Position numbers and translations under genes: made by a program
From: Candidatus Eiseniibacteriota bacterium
Lineage (GTDB): Bacteria > Eisenbacteria > RBG-16-71-46
DNA length: 64,000 nt
Assembly: GCA_963717505.1 (NCBI GenBank)
Contig: OY970342.1
Coordinates: 3,424,001-3,488,000 of the forward strand
Direction of reading: 5' to 3'
Shown: piece after piece, positions 1-9,244 of the stretch
Position numbering within the stretch: position 1 is the first letter of the stretch
How the letters are laid out: each line of letters begins with the position of its first letter
Notes under the pieces: generated by a model
What the model was told of the DNA's origin: nothing
The model's input: the letters and a program-made list of their open reading frames with translations, nothing else
Databases searched by the model: none

Positions 1-747
1 GCGGTGCGCCATGCCCTGAGGCTCGACCCCCATCTTGCCGAGGCCCATGCGACGCTGGGATTGCTCAAGTACCGGATGGACTACGACTGGGCGGGGGCCG
101 ATTCGGAGTTTCACACCGCGCTCGCCCTCAATCCCAGCTATGCAACTGCGCACCAATGGTACGGGCTGTCGCTCGCGGTCCGCGGCAGACTCGACGAGGC
201 TTCGGCGGCAGTGGCACGCGCCCGCGAGCTCGATCCCTACTCCAACATCGTGCTGTTCAACCAGGGGCAGGTCCTCCAATGGCAGCGCCGGCACGACGAG
301 GCCATTCTCGTCCTCCAGCGCGTCATCAAGTCCAGCCCCGGGTCCAGCCTCGCTGGCCATGCATGGCTCGCTCGCGCCTACTATGCCAATCGGATGTATC
401 CGGCTGCCCTCGCGGAATTCATGATCGCGGATTCGTTGGAAGGGGGAAGGCTGCACCGCGACCAACGGATCCGCTCGGCTGTGCTCACGGGGGACACGAA
501 GCTGTTCTGGAACCTATTGGTTGCCGACCAGGAGGAGCGGGTGAGGGAAAGATACCTGAGCCCGAACACCATGATTGTCGGATACGCTCAGCTCGGCGAC
601 GCCGACCGGGCCTTCTATTGGGCGGAGAGAGCGCTGGAGGACCTCGACTTCAGAATCCTGGCCACTCTCCGGGACGCGATGCTGGACCCGCTGCGCTCCG
701 ACCCGCGCTTCGCTGCGATCTTACGGAAGCACGGGCTCGAGCCGTGA
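1..747 (+). CDS. TPR-repeat protein, C-terminal part (5' truncated by window edge); typical tail of TolB-like/kinase/cyclase-TPR proteins
   Basis: TPR-like helices (ALRLDPHLAEAH, ALALNPSYATAHQWY, ARELDP) and the terminal DPLRSDPRF motif. Confidence 0.8.
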   Translation, partial: AVRHALRLDPHLAEAHATLGLLKYRMDYDWAGADSEFHTALALNPSYATAHQWYGLSLAVRGRLDEASAAVARARELDPYSNIVLFNQGQVLQWQRRHDEAILVLQRVIKSSPGSSLAGHAWLARAYYANRMYPAALAEFMIADSLEGGRLHRDQRIRSAVLTGDTKLFWNLLVADQEERVRERYLSPNTMIVGYAQLGDADRAFYWAERALEDLDFRILATLRDAMLDPLRSDPRFAAILRKHGLEP

Positions 748-1079
748 GCAAGCCGAGGTCGGTGATCTTCGTGAGCCTTCCATACATCGTGGTGGAGGGA
801 GGTTATAGCCTGGCACTCGTTGGCCTCAGAATTCCACGCGAGAACCTTGATTCCGCCACCAGCGACCTCAAAGCCCGCCTCATGGGGCGCAGGATCACGG
901 CCACGTTTCCTCCCGAATACGTGGTGAGCTACAAGCCGGACATGCGAAACGGTGTCACCTCACCGTACGCACGAGGCAAAGCTCGGAGTTTCGGCGATGC
1001 TCCGGCCGTGTTCGACCTTGATGGCGTGGACGTGATCAAGGAGATCAACCATCGCTGGGGCCGCGCGAAGGTGCGTTGA
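744..1079 (+). CDS. small hypothetical protein, possibly degenerate SNase/OB-fold
   Basis: GTG at 744 overlaps the upstream TGA (GTGA coupling); 111 aa open frame. Confidence 0.4.
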   Translation: MSKPRSVIFVSLPYIVVEGGYSLALVGLRIPRENLDSATSDLKARLMGRRITATFPPEYVVSYKPDMRNGVTSPYARGKARSFGDAPAVFDLDGVDVIKEINHRWGRAKVR

Positions 1080-1325
1080 AAGCACGCGAGATCGCGAAGC
1101 CCTCGCCGATGCTCACGAGTCCAATCTGGGCCTTGCCGGCACGTCCACGTATCCCGACCGAACCCCATTGGGGGACACCGGACGCGTTGAGCCGCTGCGC
1201 CTGGAGATCGGTTGTTAACCCTCCTCGCATGCTGGATGCCATTTGCGTCTGGTCACGCCTCACCTTACGATCCGCTCGCATCCACAGCGCCACTAGCCGT
1301 AGCCGGCTCTCGGAGAACCTGCACT

Positions 1326-2111
1326 TTGCGGACCACGCCCACCCCGTCCCATGGCGTTCGGTTCCTGTTGTTACTGGTTTCGTGGATCTCGATCGCGGGT
1401 GGTCTGCTTGCCACCACCTGCGCGGGCGCGGCGCCCTCCGAATGGCTCGCAGCGGACCCGCTTCAAGCCGGAGGCGACTCCGTAGCGGCCGCCGACCGGA
1501 CGCCGACAAACCGGACGCAGCCATCGGCAACGCAGACATCCCCAAAGCCGAAAACCAAAGCCAACGGGATCCATCTGCACGGCGGGCTGTTCTCGCCGAT
1601 CGACGTCAATGCGACGAGCCCGACGCTCGGAATGCGCCTCGCCAGGCGTCTGGGCTCGCACCTGCAGGGAGGCCTGCTGGTCGGCTGGACGTTAGAGAGG
1701 AAGAGTCTGGAGCAACCTGTCGACGGTCTTCCGGGCCTGCAGCCTCACCTGATTCTTGCGCGTGTCACCGGACATCTGGTGCCCGCGATGGCGTTCCTTC
1801 AGGTGAACCTCACTGAGAAGCGCTTCCTGGCGCCCTATGCCGGCATCGCCACCGGCTACGAGTGGTTCTTCCTCCGCGCCAACGACTATCGCACCGCCGA
1901 GACGGCCTCGGCGACGTTCGCGAATTGGGCGTGGGAGAGTTGGGGAGGGATCGGCATGCGAATGGACCCGGGCACGCGTGTCGACGTCGAGCTCTTCTAC
2001 AACGGCGGATCGCTCGAGCGCGAGGTCACAGACTCTAGCGGTCGAAGCTGGAGTGAAGCGGTCCAAGTAAACGGTGTGGGAGCGAGGGTGGGCTTGGACA
2101 TCCTCTTCTAG
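1326..2111 (+). CDS. outer membrane beta-barrel protein
   Basis: TTG start after GGAGA; signal-peptide-like N-terminus; amphipathic strands (PYAGIATGYEW); C-terminal Phe. Confidence 0.7.
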   Translation: MRTTPTPSHGVRFLLLLVSWISIAGGLLATTCAGAAPSEWLAADPLQAGGDSVAAADRTPTNRTQPSATQTSPKPKTKANGIHLHGGLFSPIDVNATSPTLGMRLARRLGSHLQGGLLVGWTLERKSLEQPVDGLPGLQPHLILARVTGHLVPAMAFLQVNLTEKRFLAPYAGIATGYEWFFLRANDYRTAETASATFANWAWESWGGIGMRMDPGTRVDVELFYNGGSLEREVTDSSGRSWSEAVQVNGVGARVGLDILF

Positions 2112-2140
2112 ACGTGTTGTTCATCATCAGAGTCCGTGCC

Positions 2141-2806
2141 ATGAGAGGCCTTCACGCCCCAGCGCAGTGCGTTCACCTCGTGCCGCTGCTCGCATTGTGG
2201 TTGTCTCACGTCCTGGGTGTCCCCGCGGCAATTGCGCAGCAGGCGCCCGCGATCTGGTCGGTCCAACTGCATGCTGGACTGTTCACGCCGATCGAGGCCA
2301 GCGGGGCGAGCCCCTCGGTTGGAATGCGCTACGGCAAGCATTACGGCTCGCATGTCCAGGGAGGCTTGCTGACCGGGTGGACGTTGAAGAGCATGAAACT
2401 CACGGCGCCCGCCGAGGGCCTTCAGGGCAGCAACTCTCTTGTCGAGCTCGCCCGGGTCGACGCGCATCTGGTCCCCCTGATGGGATTCATGCAGGTCAAT
2501 TTCACGGAGAAATCTCGGCTGGTGCCCTTTGTCGGCATCGGCGCAGGCTATGAGTGGTTGCTCGTCGACGCGAAGGACTATCGGACCGAACTGAAGTCCG
2601 AGGCGGACTACGGCAGCCTGGCCTGGGAGGCCTACACCGGCGTCGGCTTGCGACTGAACAGCGAGGTGCGCCTGAATGGCGAGCTGTTCTACAACGGAGG
2701 TTCGCTGGAACGCGGCGTGTCCGACCCAAGTGGGCGCGCATGGCGTGAAGCGATCAATGTGAACGGCGTGGGAATGCGAGTGGGAGTGGACACGGTGTTC
2801 GAGTGA
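2141..2806 (+). CDS. outer membrane beta-barrel protein, paralog of upstream gene
   Basis: Signal peptide; shares HxGLFxPI, LQGGLLxGWTL, ELFYNGGSLER, NGVGxRVG motifs with the upstream ORF. Confidence 0.75.
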   Translation: MRGLHAPAQCVHLVPLLALWLSHVLGVPAAIAQQAPAIWSVQLHAGLFTPIEASGASPSVGMRYGKHYGSHVQGGLLTGWTLKSMKLTAPAEGLQGSNSLVELARVDAHLVPLMGFMQVNFTEKSRLVPFVGIGAGYEWLLVDAKDYRTELKSEADYGSLAWEAYTGVGLRLNSEVRLNGELFYNGGSLERGVSDPSGRAWREAINVNGVGMRVGVDTVFE

Positions 2807-4317
2807 CGCGGGCTCGGGCTGCCACCATCGCAATGCTGGTGGCGACGGCGCTCGTTCACCTGCCGGCGATGGCGCAGTACGGCTGGTTCCGAGACGAGCT
2901 CTACTACGTGTCCTGTGCGAAACGCCTGGCCTGGGGCTACGTGGACCATCCCCCGCTGTCGATCGCGGTGCTCGCCGCGTGGCGGACGATCGTCGGGGAC
3001 TCGCTCGTCGGCATGCGGTTGGTGCCGCTCGCCGCGCACCTCATCGTCGTCTGGCTGACGATGCGGCTCGCGCGTCGGCTCGGCGGCGGCGCGTTCGCGC
3101 AGGCGCTCGCCGGCGTCGGCGCACTCGCCTCACTCGTCTACCTTGGCGGCACCCATCAATACTCGATGAACGCACTCGACCTCGTGCTCTGGCTGCTCGC
3201 GGCGATGGCGTTGTTGCGCGCATTGGAGCGGGAACGGCTCGCCGATTGGGCGTGGCTCGGCGTGGCGGTGGGAGCGGGGCTCCTGAACAAGCTGAGCATG
3301 CTCTGGTGCGCCGGTGGCCTGGTGCTCGGCGTGCTCGTGAGTCGCAGGCGGCGGGTGCTCGCGACGCCGGGTCCGTGGCTCGCCGCGGCGCTCGCAGCCG
3401 CGATCTTCGCACCGCATGTTGCGTGGCAGGTGGCGCACGGCTGGCCGACGCTCGAGTTCATGCGCAACGCGACCGCGCAGAAGATGGTCGCGAGCTCGTT
3501 CCCCGGATTCCTCATCGGGCAGGTGCTGGTCATGAACCCGCTGGCGGCGCCGATCTGGCTCGCGGGGCTCGTGCGCGGGCTGCGCGGCCGCGCCGGCGAC
3601 CTGGGGCTCGTGCTCGCCGTCCAGTACGTGGCGGTGTTCGCACTCCTGGTCATCGTGCGCACGGCACGCGCCGATTACCTGGCGCCGGCCTACCCCGGGC
3701 TTCTCGCACTCGGCGCCGTGGCGATCGAGCGCGCGACGTCGGCCCCCGGCCGCAAGGCGTGGAAGGTCGCCGCCGTCGCGTTGCCGCTCGCGGGGATGCT
3801 CGCACTGCTCCCGCTTGCGCTTCCCGTGCTGCCGCCGGACGCCTTCGTGCGCTACCAAACCGCGATCGGCCGCAAGCCCGCCGCGGTGGAGCACCACCGC
3901 ATGGGCGTGCTGCCGCAGTCCTACGCCGACATGTTCGGCTGGCCGGAGTTCGCCGACTCGGTGGCGCGCGCGGCCGCGACGCTCACGCCGGAGGAGCGGC
4001 GTCGCGCGATCGTCATCGTGGACAACTATGGCGAGGCCGGGGCACTCGAGATGTTCGGCAACGGCCGGCTGCCGCGCATCGCCAGTCAGCACAACACTTG
4101 GTATTTGTGGGGACCGCCCGCGTGGGACCAATCCGTAGCGATCTTCGTGGGGCGCGACAGCGCCGAGGTGGCGGAGGAATGCGACACCGTGCGGGTCGTC
4201 GGCATCGCGGGGCACCCGCTCGCGATGCCCTACGAGCGCGACATGCCGATCGTGATCGCGCGCCACTTCCGCCCCGACCTCGCCGCCGCGTGGAAGCAGG
4301 GGAAGCACTACCAGTGA
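2803..4317 (+). CDS. glycosyltransferase family 39 (ArnT/PMT-like, GT-C)
   Basis: RDELYY...LAWGYVDHPPL motif, many TM helices, NYGEAGA motif. Confidence 0.85.
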   Translation: MTRARAATIAMLVATALVHLPAMAQYGWFRDELYYVSCAKRLAWGYVDHPPLSIAVLAAWRTIVGDSLVGMRLVPLAAHLIVVWLTMRLARRLGGGAFAQALAGVGALASLVYLGGTHQYSMNALDLVLWLLAAMALLRALERERLADWAWLGVAVGAGLLNKLSMLWCAGGLVLGVLVSRRRRVLATPGPWLAAALAAAIFAPHVAWQVAHGWPTLEFMRNATAQKMVASSFPGFLIGQVLVMNPLAAPIWLAGLVRGLRGRAGDLGLVLAVQYVAVFALLVIVRTARADYLAPAYPGLLALGAVAIERATSAPGRKAWKVAAVALPLAGMLALLPLALPVLPPDAFVRYQTAIGRKPAAVEHHRMGVLPQSYADMFGWPEFADSVARAAATLTPEERRRAIVIVDNYGEAGALEMFGNGRLPRIASQHNTWYLWGPPAWDQSVAIFVGRDSAEVAEECDTVRVVGIAGHPLAMPYERDMPIVIARHFRPDLAAAWKQGKHYQ

Positions 4318-4393
4318 CACGCTGACGTCGCAACCGCCTTACGGTGCTCGTAGCGCTCCTGATCTGATAGCCTCGTCCTCGGAGACGTTCCCG

Positions 4394-5183
4394 ATGCGCG
4401 TCGCCGCGCTCTACGACATCCACGGAAACCTCCCCGCACTGGACGCCGCGCTGGACGATGTCCGCCGCGCCGGCGCTGACCGCATCGTCGTCGGCGGTGA
4501 TGTGGTGCCCGGGCCGGTGCCGCGGGAGACGATCGAGCGGCTCATGAATCTGCCGCTGCCGGTAGACTTCATTCACGGCAACTGCGAGCGGGCGGTGCTG
4601 GCGCAGATGGCGGTGTCGAAGGCGGAACTGGCGACCTATTGGGGAACGGTCTCCGGCAAGCCGCTGCCCGAGCCACACCTGGCGCGCATGCGCTGGGCGG
4701 CGGAGCAGCTGCCGGACTACCAGGGGCTGTTCGCCGGCTGGCCGTGCACGTTGCGCCTCGCTATCGATGGGTTGGGAGAGACTCTGTTCTGCCACGCCAC
4801 GCCTCGGAGCGAGACCGAAGTCTTCACGCGCCTGACGTCCGAGGAGCGGCTGGCCCCCCTGTTCGAGAGCCTGGGGGTCGAACTCGTGGTCTGCGGACAC
4901 ACCCACATGCAGTTCGAACGCCGCGTCGGAGCCACTCGCGTGGTGAACGCGGGCAGCGTCGGGGGCCCCGATCGGGAGGACGGGCGCGTTCTGGGTGATG
5001 CTTGGCGATGGCGTCGAGCTGCGGTGCACGAGCTACGACCTCGATGACGCGGCGGAGCGAATTCGGCGCACGGCGTATCCGGCGGCGGACGAGGCGGCGC
5101 AGATTCTGCTCGAGCCGCCCTCGGAAGTGGAGATGCTCGAACTCTATGGCAGCTTCGAGCTGACTGGTAGCCCCGCGACCTAG
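4394..5183 (+). pseudogene. metallophosphoesterase (YfcE/PrpA-like) with a +1 frameshift near 4961-4969, probably a sequencing error
   Basis: DIHGN, GGD, GNCE, CGHTH, NAGSVG motifs; the natural continuation (GAFWVMLGDGVELRCTSYD) lies in another frame after a G5C4 run. Confidence 0.75.
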
Positions 5184-5361
5184 AACCCGTAGGACTCGCC
5201 CCTCGCCGTCACCGCGCGACGGCGATCTTTCTCTGGATCCGTTGCGCACCGGACGCCAGCTGGTAGAAGCACACGCCCGCGGCCGTGGGCCGGCGACGTC
5301 GACCACACTGCCAGAAGCGCCTTGCGTGATTCGCAGCAATCGCACACAGTCGCCCGCCCGT

Positions 5362-5438
5362 GGCCCCGTAGCTCAGACGGATAGAGCAGCGGTTTCCTAA
5401 ACCGCGTGCCACTGGTTCGACTCCAGTCGGGGCCACCA
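5362..5438 (+). tRNA. tRNA-Arg(CCT)
   Basis: Acceptor GGCCCCG/CGGGGCC, D arm TAGCTCAG..GATAGAGC, anticodon stem GCGGT/ACCGC with loop TTCCTAA, T loop GGTTCGACTCC, encoded CCA. Confidence 0.95.
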
Positions 5439-5560
5439 ACCACCATCCGCCAACGCGTGGGAAGCCATGCCTTCACCGGATGCCCTGGACCGTCGAGCCA
5501 GGTACCAACCCATGGCTCCCAATCGCCATCAGCACCGCAGACCGTCCAGTTTGAATCGGC

Positions 5561-5589
5561 TTGTGCCGATATGGTAAATACGCCATGCT
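5561..5589 (+). promoter_or_regulatory. putative TA promoter/operator
   Basis: TTGTGC-N17-CATGCT overlapping an inverted repeat ATGG-N8-CCAT (5571-5586) just before the toxin gene. Confidence 0.4.
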
Positions 5590-5955
5590 ATGGATGGCGT
5601 CACGCAAAGAAAGCCCCTCTTCTGGGTCGGCTCGTCTAGGAAGGATCTTCGCGAATTCCCGGAAGAGGTAAAGGACATCATGGGCCACGCTCTCGATCTT
5701 GCCCAACTGGGAGGGAAGCACCCGAAGGCGAAGCTGCTACTCGGTTTTGGTGGTGGCGTCCTTGAAATCGTGGACGATTTCTCTGGCGACACATATCGCG
5801 CCGTATACACGGTACGATTCGTGGGCGCCGTCTACGCTCTCCACGCGTTTCAGAAGTCGAAGCGGGGCATCAAGACACCCCAGAGGGAGCTGGACCTCAT
5901 CAGGGAGCGGCTCAAGCGAGCCGAGCTGGCCTATGCGAGTTGGAGCAAGTCGTGA
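5590..5955 (+). CDS. type II toxin, RelE/ParE (HigB/Gp49-like)
   Basis: WVGSSRKDLREFP...GVLEIVDD..GDTYRAVYTVRF..VYALHAFQK..GIKTP. Confidence 0.85.
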   Translation: MDGVTQRKPLFWVGSSRKDLREFPEEVKDIMGHALDLAQLGGKHPKAKLLLGFGGGVLEIVDDFSGDTYRAVYTVRFVGAVYALHAFQKSKRGIKTPQRELDLIRERLKRAELAYASWSKS

Positions 5956-5968
5956 ACGTAGGCGTCGC

Positions 5969-6334
5969 ATGAAATCCAGGATCAACGTGACACGCAGCAG
6001 CGGAAACGTCTTCAAGGACCTCGGCCTCCCAGACAGTGAAGAGCTCCTCGCGAAGTCTGAGATCGTCTCGCGTATTGCATCCATCATGCGGCGACGTTCC
6101 CTCACTCAAGTTGAGACGGCGAAGGTCCTGGGCGTGAGCCAGGCGGACGTGTCCGACCTCGTTCGTGGAAAGCTATCGGGGTTCTCCACAGACCGACTCT
6201 TTCGATTCTTGAATGCGCTCGGACAAGACGTGGAGATCAGGATGCCAAGACGCCTTCGCGCGCACTCCGGGCGCCTTCGCGTCGTGGTCGATCGTCCCGA
6301 GGCTACCGCAGGCGGCTCTCGCAGCAAGAGGTAG
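5969..6334 (+). CDS. XRE/HTH antitoxin (HigA-like)
   Basis: SSGNVFKDLG...LTQVETAKVLGVSQADVSDL..GKLSGFSTDRL; follows the toxin. Confidence 0.85.
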   Translation: MKSRINVTRSSGNVFKDLGLPDSEELLAKSEIVSRIASIMRRRSLTQVETAKVLGVSQADVSDLVRGKLSGFSTDRLFRFLNALGQDVEIRMPRRLRAHSGRLRVVVDRPEATAGGSRSKR

Positions 6335-6379
6335 GGCGCCAACCACTTCGGCTGCTAGCGTTCCTCGGCGGCCCGCCTG

Positions 6380-6928
6380 TTGTACTCGCTGCAACCCTGC
6401 AGAGCCAACGGCCTGACGTCATGGGCTTTGAGCGGCCCGGCCCACTCCGACTTCGTCGTCCCTCATAGAGTGCTGCGTGCCTGGGCACTTGGCGCCCGAC
6501 GCGAACTGATCGCTGACGCCAAGCTCATCGGCGACGCGCTCCATGTCGTTTCCTGCGAGCCCGAGAGCTACCAGATTCCCGTGGAGGGCTTGGGAGTCTT
6601 TCGCGACATGCCGTCCAGCCAACGAGGCAAGTTCGAGATCGCGGACGACGGCAGCTACATCCTTTGGCCGACCCAGGACATCCATCTCGACCTCGATGCG
6701 CTGCTCGCTTCCATTGACCCGGAACGTCGGGCAAGGGCGCAGCGCGTCAAGCACTCCTATGGCCAGCAGTACGGTGCGGCCATTGCTCGCCTGCGCCAAA
6801 AGCGTGGCTTGAACGGAAGAAGGCACATGAGACCCGGCACAAAGGTGACTAAGGGCAAGGCCCGCGAGGTCCCGCGCTTCGAGACCGCCGGCACCACTAC
6901 TTCCTCTTCTTCTTCACGACGTGGGTGA
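6380..6928 (+). pseudogene. DUF2442-like/HTH remnant fused to a fragment resembling a CopG-type antitoxin start
   Basis: FEIADDGSYILWPTQDIHLDL (DUF2442-like); HTH start GAAIARLRQKRGL stops abruptly; no good start codon. Confidence 0.45.
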
Positions 6929-7349
6929 CCTTCTTCTTCGCGGTGCTCTTCCTTGGCCGGACCTTCTCTGAGTTTCTGCGGAGCCACTCCGCGAAGGCTG
7001 GTGCATCCACTTCTCGCTTGGACAGTCCAAGCACCAGCTCCACTGCCTCTACCTCAGAGGCAGTGACGATGACCCCATTCTTCTCCAGGAACGTCAGCGC
7101 GACGGTGAGGGCGACACGCTTGTTGCCATCCACGAACGAATGGTCCTGCGTCAGCGCCCGTGCGTAGGCGGCCGCCAGCTCGAATACATCCGAGACGCCG
7201 CTGTGTGCGAAGTGGTTCCTTGGACTGTCGAGCGCGGAGTCGAGGAGGTGCTCAGCAACGAAGCCTGGAGCACCCCCGTGTTCAGCGAGAAGCGCCTCGT
7301 GGATGGCGAGCGTGGACTTCTTTGAAATCCACTTTGGCTCGCTCGTCAC
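6897..7349 (-). CDS. Doc-family (Fic fold) toxin
   Basis: IHEALLAEHGG, LLDSAL, HSFVDGNKRVA Doc-type motif. Confidence 0.9.
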   Translation of the reverse strand: MTSEPKWISKKSTLAIHEALLAEHGGAPGFVAEHLLDSALDSPRNHFAHSGVSDVFELAAAYARALTQDHSFVDGNKRVALTVALTFLEKNGVIVTASEVEAVELVLGLSKREVDAPAFAEWLRRNSEKVRPRKSTAKKKVTHVVKKKRK

Positions 7350-7570
7350 TTCGCGAGTTCACGAAGCGCGTTCTTGTACCTGCGCATCACTCCTTCGGCA
7401 ACCTTCATCGTCTCCGCGAAGTCTGGATCGTAGGCGGTGATCCTGAGTCCCTCGGGCGATTCCGTCAGAAACAACTCGTCGCCCTCGTTCACATGAAGCG
7501 CCTGAAGTGCTCGGGCAGGAAGGATGACCCCGTAGGAGTTGCCGATCTTTCTAACTGTGGTTTTGACCAT
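7346..7570 (-). CDS. AbrB/MazE/SpoVT antitoxin
   Basis: VRKIGNSYGVILP...EGDEL...YKNALRELAK; 4-nt overlap with doc; GGAGG RBS. Confidence 0.9.
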   Translation of the reverse strand: MVKTTVRKIGNSYGVILPARALQALHVNEGDELFLTESPEGLRITAYDPDFAETMKVAEGVMRRYKNALRELAK

Positions 7571-7594
7571 AGGACCCTCCCGTTGCCTACAGAT

Positions 7595-7602
7595 GTTATA
7601 AC
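7595..7602. promoter_or_regulatory. palindromic operator/-10 region of the abrB-doc operon
   Basis: GTTATAAC palindrome about 25 nt upstream of the antitoxin start in a GC-rich background. Confidence 0.45.
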
Positions 7603-7684
7603 TTATCGGCAGGTTCAGCAAGAGCTTGGGGACTCAGGTCGTGCAATTTGCCAAGAGGTCCGACGGGGCCTGCGAGCCGCGAGA

Positions 7685-8221
7685 TCACGCAGGAACGTAG
7701 GTCAACCTGATCACATCCTCGCCAATCCGATCATTGGCCATGAGGCGGAGCGGTGGCCGGGATCCGGCGAAATAGGGCTTGCCGTGACCCAGCACGACGG
7801 GGTGCAGGTAGATTCGATACTCATCGATCAGGCCAAGTTCGGTGAGGCTTTGGGCCAAGGCCGGGCCAGCAACTTCGATCTCCCCGTCGCGCTCGGCCTT
7901 CAGCTCGCGGATCGCGCCCTCGAGATCATCCCCAACAAGCCTGGCGTTGGGGCCGACCGACTTCAACGAGCGCGAGACGACCCATTTCGGCTGGTTCCGC
8001 CACGCCGCCGCGAAGGCGCGTTCCTCTGCATCCCATTCAGGATGATCGTCGTCCCAGTAACGCATGACCTCATACATCTGGCGACCGTACACACTGCCCG
8101 CCTGCCGCTGAGCCTCCTCGATGAAGTGGCGGAAGAGCGTGGGGCTTGGCGCAAACGCCATATGGTCGACGTAGCCGTCCAGGGACTGGTTCATTCCAAA
8201 CACGAGCTTAGCCATACCCAC
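7685..8221 (-). CDS. dihydrofolate reductase family (RibD C-terminal-like) protein
   Basis: MNQSLDGY, YGRQMYE, GLIDEYRIYLHPVVLGHGKPYF. Confidence 0.85.
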   Translation of the reverse strand: MGMAKLVFGMNQSLDGYVDHMAFAPSPTLFRHFIEEAQRQAGSVYGRQMYEVMRYWDDDHPEWDAEERAFAAAWRNQPKWVVSRSLKSVGPNARLVGDDLEGAIRELKAERDGEIEVAGPALAQSLTELGLIDEYRIYLHPVVLGHGKPYFAGSRPPLRLMANDRIGEDVIRLTYVPA

Positions 8222-8362
8222 TTCCTTTCCTTACGCGGTACATCCACGCGGCGATTCTAGCGCACGCGAATCGATCGTCTACCGGTTTCTGAAGGTTCTC
8301 GGGAGCAGGTAAGCTGCCCGGGCAATTGGAGCGATCGCCACACTCGTTGGGAGAGACGAACC

Positions 8363-8650
8363 GTGACCAATCCAGAGCCAAACGGACTCTCTAACGGGGA
8401 CACTTCCCGCGATGCGCTCCGAGCGCAGTTCGCCTCGCTGCGCCGCATCACACCCGCCCAGCGATTGGCGTTGATGGATGACCTCACATCGCTGGTTCGA
8501 TCGATGACACGGGAGGGCGTGAGGCGCCGTCACCCGGGACTTTCAGAAGCTGAAATCGACGCGCGGTTCTTTGAGATCGTCCTCGGCCGGGAGCTCGCTG
8601 CAAAGGTGCTGGAACACCGTCGGGCTCGCCTCGCCCGTCTGGAACCGTGA
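8363..8650 (+). CDS. putative antitoxin (Rv0078B-like)
   Basis: DTS..A..AQFASLRRITPAQRL...GVRRRHPGLSEAEI; coupled to a downstream nucleotidyltransferase. Confidence 0.65.
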   Translation: MTNPEPNGLSNGDTSRDALRAQFASLRRITPAQRLALMDDLTSLVRSMTREGVRRRHPGLSEAEIDARFFEIVLGRELAAKVLEHRRARLARLEP

Positions 8651-9225
8651 CCCAACCAACCGAATTCCTGGTCTACATCGCCCAACTCCTCGAGCGCCTG
8701 GGCATTCCCTACCACGTGGGCGGATCGGTTGCGAGCTCGGCTCACGGCATGTACCGCGCATCGGCGGACATCGACTTCGTCATCGACCCCACCCGCGATC
8801 AGCTGGAGGCGCTGGCCAGCGCACTCGAGCCAGAGTTCTACGTCAGTCGTTCAGCGTTTGCAGAAGCGCTCTCCCAACGGAGCACGTTCAACGCCATTCA
8901 TGACGAGACATCCTTCAAGATCGACTTCTTCATCAAGGGTGCATCTCCGTTCGATTCCGAGGAGCTACGTCGTTCCATCAGGCAAGCGGTAGGCAACCAA
9001 CCAGGGCACGCGGTGCTTCTCAAGAGTCCCGAGGACACGGTCCTGCGCAAGCTCGACTGGTTTCGGCGTGGGGGCGAGGTGTCGGAGCGCCAGTGGCAGG
9101 ATGTGCTCTCGATCCTTGTGGCTGCTCGCGAGCAACTCGACGGGCAATACCTCGAGCGCTGGTCGCGTGAGCTGGGCGTTGCCGACCTGCTCGACCGAGC
9201 CCGTAAGGAAGTGGCGGACTTGTGA
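8647..9225 (+). CDS. nucleotidyltransferase-fold protein, putative TA toxin
   Basis: GGSVASSAHGMYRASADIDF (Pol-beta-like GS/DxD); SPEDTVLRKL...WQDV. Confidence 0.75.
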   Translation: MTQPTEFLVYIAQLLERLGIPYHVGGSVASSAHGMYRASADIDFVIDPTRDQLEALASALEPEFYVSRSAFAEALSQRSTFNAIHDETSFKIDFFIKGASPFDSEELRRSIRQAVGNQPGHAVLLKSPEDTVLRKLDWFRRGGEVSERQWQDVLSILVAAREQLDGQYLERWSRELGVADLLDRARKEVADL

Positions 9226-9244
9226 GCGTTGGACGGCTCGCCAT

